Shown here one piece after another: positions 56,953 through 64,000 of a stretch of 64,000 nt of DNA. Made by a program: the position numbers and the translations under genes. Under the pieces are notes generated by a model. The model was not told the DNA's origin and did no database searches. It saw only the letters and a program-made list of their open reading frames with translations. This stretch comes from Lysobacterales bacterium (GTDB lineage Bacteria > Pseudomonadota > Gammaproteobacteria > Xanthomonadales > SZUA-5): contig JALHMH010000001.1 in assembly GCA_022844165.1 (NCBI GenBank), forward strand, positions 192,001 to 256,000. The letters run 5' to 3'. The first letter of the stretch is position 1. Every line of letters starts with the position of its first letter.

Positions 56953-59946
56953 TTACTCAAACGAGTTTGCGAAGACGAACTCAGGTGGAATTTGAGCGTT
57001 GTATCGTCCGCCGGTGTTGAGTAAACCGCTACCACTTTCGCCACCCCAGACGATCATCTCGTTGCCGGTCCATACGGCCGAGTGCCGACTTCTCGCACTT
57101 GGCGATCCGCTGCTTGATATCAATTGCCAACGATCTGTTTCAGGCCGATAGCGCCCTCCACTTGCTAGATAATCAGCACCAAAGCCAGCCCAGATTATCA
57201 CTTCGCTGCCTGTCCATATGGCCGTATGTCCGAACCTCGCACTTGGGGCATTGCCCATTGGCATTGCCTTCCAGCTGATAGTGCCTGGGTCGTAGCGAGC
57301 ACCGTCACCGAAATCAGAACCAACACGTCTGCCGCCCCAAACGACCATCTCGGCACCAGTCCACACGGCGGTGTGATCGTACCGTCCGGCTGGCGCACCG
57401 TTGCTTTGAGTCGCCTGCCAGACATCAGAGCGAGGGTCATAATGTCCACCATCGCCAATGTGAGTGCCGTCACCATAGCCGCCCCAGATGATCATTTCGC
57501 TCCCCGTCCACACTGCAGTGTGCGCGTACCGAGGGCTCGGCGCGCCACTGCTTTGAGTGGCCCGCCAGGTATCCATGCCAGGGTCATAACGTCCGCCACT
57601 GTCGAGAAACGGGCCGCCATAGCCGCCCCAAACAATCATCTCACTGCCAGTCCACACAGCGGTATGTCCGAACCGCTGACTTGGCACGTCAACGCCTTGT
57701 AACGAGCGCCAGCTATTGGTACCAGGGCTGTATCGACCCCCGCTCGCAAGCGCGGAACCGCCCCGACCACCCCAGACGATCATTTCATTGCCGGTCCACA
57801 CGGCGACATGTCCGTACCGCCCGCTTGGCGATCCACTGGTCGGCATAGGCAGCCAGCTGTCGACGCTTGGGATGTAGCGCATGCCGTCGGCAAGGTGAGT
57901 ACTAGCGAGACCACCCCACAAAATCATCTCATTGCCGGTCCACACGGCGGTGTGCAGGCGGCGTGCGTCAGGCGCATCATTCGGCGTCGCTTGCCAGCTA
58001 TTGGTGTCGGGACGGTAGCGTCCGCCGCTGGCCGCGAAGAAACCGTCCGAGCCACCCCAGCCGCCCCAAACGATCATTTCGCTGCCAGTCCATACCGCCG
58101 AGTGGGAGTGCCGCGCGCTCGGCGCACTGCTATTTTGCATATCTTGCCAATCATCGGTCCTCGGGTTGTAGCGCCCGCCGCTGGCGACGAAGGATCCACC
58201 CCAACCACCCCAGACGATCATCTCGCTGCCGGTCCACACAGCGATGTGGCCGGACCGTGCACTTGGCGCACCAATGCTCTGACTCGCCAGCCAGTCATTG
58301 GTGTCCGGACGATACCGTCCGCCGCTCGCGAAATGATCTTCGCCGTCAAAACCACCCCAAACGACCATCTCACTGCCCGTCCATAGAGCCGAATGATGCC
58401 GACGCCCAGATGGCGCACCGATGTTTGGCATCGGCTGCCATCCATTCGTGCGCGGGTTGTAACGTGCGCCGGTTGCCAAATAAGAACCGTCATAACCACC
58501 CCAGACAATCATCTCGTTACCGGTCCACACCGCAGTGTGATTTCGACGTGCCTCAGGCGCATCTGTGCTGGCCATCGCCTGCCAGCTATCCTTGCCTGGG
58601 TCGAAACGCGCCCCGCTGAAAAGAAGAGTATCGCCAGCACCACCCCAAACGATCATCTCGCTACCGGTCCAAACCGCCGAGTGGCGATGCCGGCCACTGG
58701 GCGCCCCGTCGGGCGGCATTGGTCGCCAGCTATCGATGCTCGGGTTATAGCGCCCCCCATCAGCCAAATTCAGGGGGCTGGCGAGGCTTCCTGAGCCGCC
58801 CCACACAATCATCTCGGTACCTGTCCATACCACCGAGTGACCACTCCGCGCCCTCGGCGCACTGTTGGTCTGCGTCTGTTGCCAGCTGTCGGTGGTCGGG
58901 TTGTAACGTCCGCCGACTGCAAGTAGTCCGCTATCGTTTTCGCCACCCCAGATGATCATCTCAGTGCCGGTCCAGACAGCGGTATGAAGCCACCGCCCGT
59001 CCGGCACGTCCTTCATCGATCGCCAACTGCCTGATGCCTCTTTCTCCACAATCAACTCGGTTCCTGTGATCTCGGGCAGCTCCAGTAGCTCAACCACGAC
59101 TCTTGCTGCTGGATGGGACTTGCGTTGATCTGTCCACCAAGCGTCGAAACTCCGCTTGGGCCAGTAGCGAGTGCGTACTTCCAGGCGATCTTGCTGATCC
59201 GACAGTAGCGTCTCCTCGACAAAACCATTTGCAGTCTCGCGAAGAGACGGTTGGTAGAAATCTGCCCAAAGTAGACGTTTTCCAGACAACTGTAACCGCG
59301 AACGCATTTGGCCAAAATCCGCAACGTTGAGATCGACGGTCATTGGCACTGTCGCTGATTCTGGAGCAACTCTTGGCGGAGACGATTCATCCCTTAGCAG
59401 GTACACAATGCGCTGCTCCGCTCCACCGCTGCGTTCAATCAAATCGGCGGCGGCGCCAGCCGCCAGAACCGACTGCGCCGTCGCGCGCAGCGCACGGCGT
59501 TGCCGTTCATCGTAAGCGTATGCCTCGCGCAAACGGCGCGCGACGAGCAGGGGGCGCACCAGGCATTCGCCAATCAACACGGCATCGTTACCCAGCGCCT
59601 GAAATTGCTCGCGAAGGCGATCCGGTGCGCGGGTGCCGAATGCAATGCGGTTAAGTTCCGTTTGAAGCGCATGCCGATCAATGCGCACGTTGTACCACTG
59701 GAAGAGCGCAGCTTCCTGGCGCAGCGCGTCAGTAACTTGCTGGCGGAGAAGCACATCACTGAAAACCGAAGCACGAGCCGGCTTGGGGTGAGGATTCGAT
59801 TCCGGCCAAATCGTGTGCGACCACTTCAAGTCCTCGATGATCGCCGAGCATGCGACGCGTTCGTCGAGCCTCAAAGCAGCAGCATTCGCCGTGCAGCATG
59901 CGATCATCAACATCCAAATCAGGCGGGCCAGCACGTTCGCTTTCAT
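56953..59946 (-). CDS. Secreted Kelch-like repeat protein (14 repeats)
   Basis: Signal peptide; 14 copies of HxAVWTGxEMIVWGG; C-terminal FVFANSFE. Confidence 0.9.
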   Translation of the reverse strand: MKANVLARLIWMLMIACCTANAAALRLDERVACSAIIEDLKWSHTIWPESNPHPKPARASVFSDVLLRQQVTDALRQEAALFQWYNVRIDRHALQTELNRIAFGTRAPDRLREQFQALGNDAVLIGECLVRPLLVARRLREAYAYDERQRRALRATAQSVLAAGAAADLIERSGGAEQRIVYLLRDESSPPRVAPESATVPMTVDLNVADFGQMRSRLQLSGKRLLWADFYQPSLRETANGFVEETLLSDQQDRLEVRTRYWPKRSFDAWWTDQRKSHPAARVVVELLELPEITGTELIVEKEASGSWRSMKDVPDGRWLHTAVWTGTEMIIWGGENDSGLLAVGGRYNPTTDSWQQTQTNSAPRARSGHSVVWTGTEMIVWGGSGSLASPLNLADGGRYNPSIDSWRPMPPDGAPSGRHRHSAVWTGSEMIVWGGAGDTLLFSGARFDPGKDSWQAMASTDAPEARRNHTAVWTGNEMIVWGGYDGSYLATGARYNPRTNGWQPMPNIGAPSGRRHHSALWTGSEMVVWGGFDGEDHFASGGRYRPDTNDWLASQSIGAPSARSGHIAVWTGSEMIVWGGWGGSFVASGGRYNPRTDDWQDMQNSSAPSARHSHSAVWTGSEMIVWGGWGGSDGFFAASGGRYRPDTNSWQATPNDAPDARRLHTAVWTGNEMILWGGLASTHLADGMRYIPSVDSWLPMPTSGSPSGRYGHVAVWTGNEMIVWGGRGGSALASGGRYSPGTNSWRSLQGVDVPSQRFGHTAVWTGSEMIVWGGYGGPFLDSGGRYDPGMDTWRATQSSGAPSPRYAHTAVWTGSEMIIWGGYGDGTHIGDGGHYDPRSDVWQATQSNGAPAGRYDHTAVWTGAEMVVWGGRRVGSDFGDGARYDPGTISWKAMPMGNAPSARFGHTAIWTGSEVIIWAGFGADYLASGGRYRPETDRWQLISSSGSPSARSRHSAVWTGNEMIVWGGESGSGLLNTGGRYNAQIPPEFVFANSFE

Positions 59947-60000
59947 CAAACTATCGCTTCTTCTTATGTATCCGAAATTTTAGTGCGAAATTCTGACAGC

Positions 60001-62538
60001 CAAGCGGATCAGCTCACGGCCGGCGTCGACAACGTCTTGGGGTCGACGATATCGTTCTTTGCACCATATGTCGCGCGACTATTCGTACGACCGCTTCGCG
60101 CGCTCGGCGAGTGTGCAGACGTTATTGAAAGAGGACAAATACGTCAGCCGCACAACGTACGACAAATACGGGCGCGTGTTCCATTCCTTCGATCCGATCC
60201 GGACAGCACCAGCCCATTCGGCCAATTCCAGGTCTACTCAGCCGATGGATTCCCCATCGGGATTCGGGAAGCTGCGGATGGCACGACGGGTATCTTGTAC
60301 AACGAAGTCCTGTCGCTGACGGCACGGCAACAAGTCCGCCGCGAGCGTTATCACGGTAGCAACAATCTGGTCAGCGAGCGCACGTTCGACGACAACACCG
60401 GGCGCTTGGCGACAATTAGGACGGGCACATTCAGTGGAGGAGTCGTTGGTGGCCAGTTGCAGGATTGGACGACAAACTGGGACAAGAATGGCAATCTGAC
60501 GATGCGCCATGATCGAACCGCTGGCGCGGATTCGAAGGAAGTATTTGGCTACGATGCGCTCGATCGATTGACGACGGTGAACCAGACGATCGGCTCGTCG
60601 CCAGCCATCAACACGCTCACGCTCGCTTACGACCAGCTCGGCAACATCACCATGAAGTCCGGGTCTGGCGCCGCAAATCTTGGCGCCTACGCCTACAACA
60701 GCACCCCCGCGCAAACCGGTTGCGCGCTGCCCGCAGGCCCGCACGCGGTCAGTCTGGTCGCAGGCAAGAGTTACTGTTACGACGAAAACGGTAACAACAC
60801 GCAGGTGCGCAAATTCGGCAGCGCGATCCGTACCATCGCCTATACCGGCTTCGATCTGCCAGAGCAGATCGTGCGTAATGAGCCTACCAGTGAGGGAGCC
60901 ATCCAGGCCGAGGTGAGCTTCAAGTACGCGATCGATCGCAGTGTGTACGAGCGGCTTGACAACGATTCCACCAGGACGCGATACGTCGGCAATGTTGAGT
61001 TCATCGCCGATGGCAGGAGCGATATCGTCAAGCGCTACATTGGCGGCTTTCTGGTCATCACTAAAGTGCTCCAAGGTGGGAACGCCACCTATGACTATTT
61101 GCTGCGCGACAGTTTAGGGAGCATCGATACGGTTGCCAGCGAAACCGGGGCGCTCAGGAGCCGCCAGAGCTTCAATGCGCACGGCCAGCGGCGCAACGCC
61201 GCGACCGCCGGTGGCGGCTGGACCTTGTTGACGCTGCTCCAAGCCGCCGCATTTGCCAACACCACCAGCCCGACCACTCAGGGGTTCACCGGCCATGAGC
61301 AACTTGATCAAGTCGGCCTGGTGCATATGGGCGCACGGCTGTACGATGCCGAGATCGGGCGGTTCCTCCAGGCCGACGACTTCGTCGAACCTGAGGCCAC
61401 GCAGGGGCTGAATCGGTACAGTTATGTACTCAATAATCCGCTGACCGCCACCGATCCGACGGGGAACTTCTCGCTTAGGCAGGCGATCGGGATTGTCATT
61501 GGCGTCGTCGCCGCGATCATCAGCCAGCAGTATTGGGCAATCGACAAACTGATCTCGTTCGGCATCGCCGTTGCTGGCGGATTCGCAAGCGCAGCGATCT
61601 CGACCGGCTCGCTCAAAGCAGGGTTGTGGGGTGCGGTCAGTGCGGCAGTGTTCTGGGGCATTGGCACGCAGTTCTCGAAGGCGTGGGCGTTCGACACGGG
61701 AACTGCTTGCACGCAGCACATGACCCGAGGGGCTGTTGCGGCAAAGGTCGCGGCACACGCAGCGACAGGAGGAACGCTTAGCGTCCTGCAGGGCGGCAAG
61801 TTTGGCCATGGATTCTTCTCCGCTGGATTTACTGAAGCGCTAAGTCCGGCCGTGGGACAGATGGGCGATGGAAAGTCGTTCGGAAGCGTTCTCGGACGTA
61901 CCGCAGCTAGCGCCACAATTGGTGGGACGGTGAGTAAGTTGACCGGTGGGTCGTTCGCAAATGGGGCGGTCACGGCGGCGTTCACGGTTGCGTTCGGAAA
62001 TGCGATCAGCGAAACCATTGCGTTTTCTGGGCAGGAAACGATGGAAGAAATGGTTGATCCGGAAGAAGATATCGGGTCTGGGGAAGCCATATTTAACGAG
62101 GTTGTCACAGAGTTTCGAGATTCCGGAAGCCTCCCGAGTCATATACAAATCGCGTACAGCGACGATTTAGCATACTTCAGAAACAACGAAATAGTGCGTT
62201 TTAGATCAGCGGAAGAGGCGCGGGCAGCGGGCTTTTATGGAGCAGGGATCGCTGGCTATACCCAGACCCGAGTTGTGGATGGGCAAACTCAAGCGCGAAT
62301 CCTGATTTTGAGAGGCGCTGCGCACCCACGAAGTGCACTTGTCGCCATGACTTCTATGGACAGAGCAACTTGGCGACCTATCGTATTCACCAGACATGGC
62401 ATGATGCGTTTTACGATTGCTCATGAGATCCGCCATGCACTTGACTCGTCTCTTGGTAGCTCTTCGGGCTTAGATCATTGGCGTGCGAATGAATACGGCA
62501 GGACCGTGTGCAGGCAACTTGGAGGTGGTTGTGGGTAA
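60001..62538 (+). pseudogene. 5'-truncated, frameshifted Rhs/YD-repeat polymorphic toxin (orphan module) with HEXXH C-terminus
   Basis: YD repeats, GFTGHEQLD...HMGARLYD...NRYSYVLNNPLTATDPTG core; no credible start; 5' boundary approximate. Confidence 0.85.
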
Positions 62539-63058
62539 GTATTTTTTCTGTTTGTTTTTGTGCCCCTCGTTTGCGAGTGCTACAACTGAGGCCGCCTTGG
62601 TAAACAAAGATTATCGGCATGCGACGATTGTAGAAGCAGAAGCGACGGAGGCTGTTGACCGGGATTGTTATGTGTTCGAAACAAAGTCCGCTGGCAAGAT
62701 CAGTCTACGGATAATAGGAGTTGGACCAGGGGACAAATTTGTTGTGGTTCTGCCAAGGAGAATTCCGAAGTGTTTCGCGGTCCCGAGAGACCCAAGAGTT
62801 ATTATGCTCGTGACGGTCGATGGGCTTAATTTGGCGACACTGTCGTGCGATGGCTTCGACCCACTCGCTCGTTTTTTGGAGCTGAGTAGCATTGCATTAT
62901 TGGATGACAAAGAGCCGCGCAATTTCAATGGGTGCAATACGTCCAAAATTGTAGATAAGAGAGATGCGATGGCATTTCTATACCGAATGTGGCTGGGTGT
63001 AAACGTTGATGTCGTTGGTGGGAGCGCAATCGAACCTTTCTTACAAACTAAAGAATGA
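62531..63058 (+). CDS. Probable cognate immunity protein (exported)
   Basis: GTG overlapping the Rhs stop; signal-peptide-like start; visibly lower GC, like the toxin tip. Confidence 0.6.
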   Translation: MGKYFFCLFLCPSFASATTEAALVNKDYRHATIVEAEATEAVDRDCYVFETKSAGKISLRIIGVGPGDKFVVVLPRRIPKCFAVPRDPRVIMLVTVDGLNLATLSCDGFDPLARFLELSSIALLDDKEPRNFNGCNTSKIVDKRDAMAFLYRMWLGVNVDVVGGSAIEPFLQTKE

Positions 63059-63125
63059 GCGACGGCGACAACAATGCGTGGCGCACCTACACAGAATCAT
63101 TTGGTCCCTGTCGGCTCGGAGCACC

Positions 63126-64000
63126 AAGCTGAAAAAAGAGAAAGCTGAAAAAAGAGACACCCAGTTTTCGAAGCGCGCAAGCAGTGGTGGTGGCATCCAG
63201 GGCTACGGATGTCGAAATCGCTGTTCGGAGGAAGGAGGTTTTGAGCGCGCACGCAACGCGCCCAGACGCCAGCGGCGCCAAGAATCCCATGTGAGTTTCT
63301 CAGCCGGTCACGAGGCTCCGGGCGTAGCCGATGCCTTTGAGCCATTTCCGCTTCCACTCTGCGGCCTTGGCTTCGAGTGCTTCCACGCTGGCAACGAAGC
63401 GCCAATATCCAGAGCCGACGCCTTTGACGTGCGCGGTCCGGTAGTTGGAACTGGACTGCGGAGGAACTGGACTGCGGACACCCAGTGCGCCAGGCGAAGC
63501 TGGCGCGATCTAGGTGACAAATCGGAACTAACAATATTTGCCGCCTGTAACGTCTCCGCCGGGGCGATCATTCCGGAGTTTTGGCATCGAACAGCAAGGG
63601 GACATTGTTCGAGACTATTACTACCTGAGGCAGGGTAAGGAAAAAGAGACACCCGGTAAGGAAAAAGAGACACCCAGTTTTCGAAGCGCGCGAGCAGTGT
63701 GGTGGCATCTAGGGCTACGGATGTCGAAATCGCTGTTCGGAGGAAGGAGGTTTTGAGCGCGCACGCAACGCCTCCAGACGCCAGCGGCGCCAAAAGTCCC
63801 ATGTGAGTCTCTCAGCCGGTCACAAGGCTCCTGGCATAGCCGATGCCTTTGAGCCACTGCTGTTTCCACTGCGCAAGGGAAAAAGAGACACCCAGTTTTC
63901 GAAGCGCGCGAGCAGTGGTGGTGGCAAAAAAAGAGACACCCAGTTTTCGGAGCGCGCAAGCAGTGGTGGTGGCATCCAGGGCTACGGATGTCGAAATCGC
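63126..64000 (-). mobile_element. Array of truncated copies of one element end, with transposase-like C-terminal remnants
   Basis: Four copies start AAAAAGAGACACCCAGTTTTCG (about 63148, 63662, 63880, 63927); two carry minus-strand ...WLKGIGYARSLVTG* remnants. Confidence 0.75.

Noticed and set aside
56990-59030. Diversity-generating retroelement or DNA repeat array in the Kelch gene
   Set aside because: Repeats diverge at synonymous positions, show no adenine-specific pattern, and there is no reverse transcriptase nearby.
59500-60000. N-terminal part of the 1012-aa ORF 59500..62538 as a real protein
   Set aside because: It is antisense to the Kelch gene and has no Rhs character; Rhs-like sequence starts only near 60001-60070.
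56300-63125. Integron cassette array
   Set aside because: No convincing RYYYAAC...GTTRRRY attC sites and no integrase seen.
63006-63959. ORFs 63006..63638, 63308..63802 and 63621..63959 as genes
   Set aside because: They read through repeated non-coding element ends and have no recognisable motifs.
63126-64000. CRISPR array
   Set aside because: Repeat lengths and spacing are irregular, the units contain coding remnants, and no cas genes are in the window.

Overview
GC-rich gammaproteobacterial chromosome segment, most likely Xanthomonadales/Lysobacterales. This is inferred from the L4 loop [11 protein letters not shown], the absence of rpmJ after secY, the rplQ-dsbB-class II DAHP synthase order and FxxGFE-type tails on secreted proteins. 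In order, the window holds: the tail of a hybrid histidine kinase; a complete Wsp-type operon (wspABCDEFR) with unusual WspE, WspF and WspR variants; a CrbR/ErdR-like regulator with acs; a Trx-NHL gene with uvrC and pgsA; a BigR/SqrR-like ArsR with DUF2892 and an RND pair; a cluster of CTAG-targeting MITEs; trpG; the full str-S10-spc-alpha ribosomal cluster; dsbB and DAHP synthase; alphaproteobacterial-looking ilvB/ilvH; nadB; a methyltransferase broken by two tandem MITEs; housekeeping hydrolases; and two large secreted repeat proteins. It ends with a 5'-truncated Rhs toxin carrying an HEXXH tip and a probable immunity gene, then a head-to-tail array of one-end-anchored, variably truncated mobile-element copies. 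Three junctions in this array carry short duplications starting exactly 16 nt before a CACCCAG motif. That array beside the Rhs module is the best candidate for an undescribed system, and it runs off the window edge. All family assignments come from motif recognition, not database searches.
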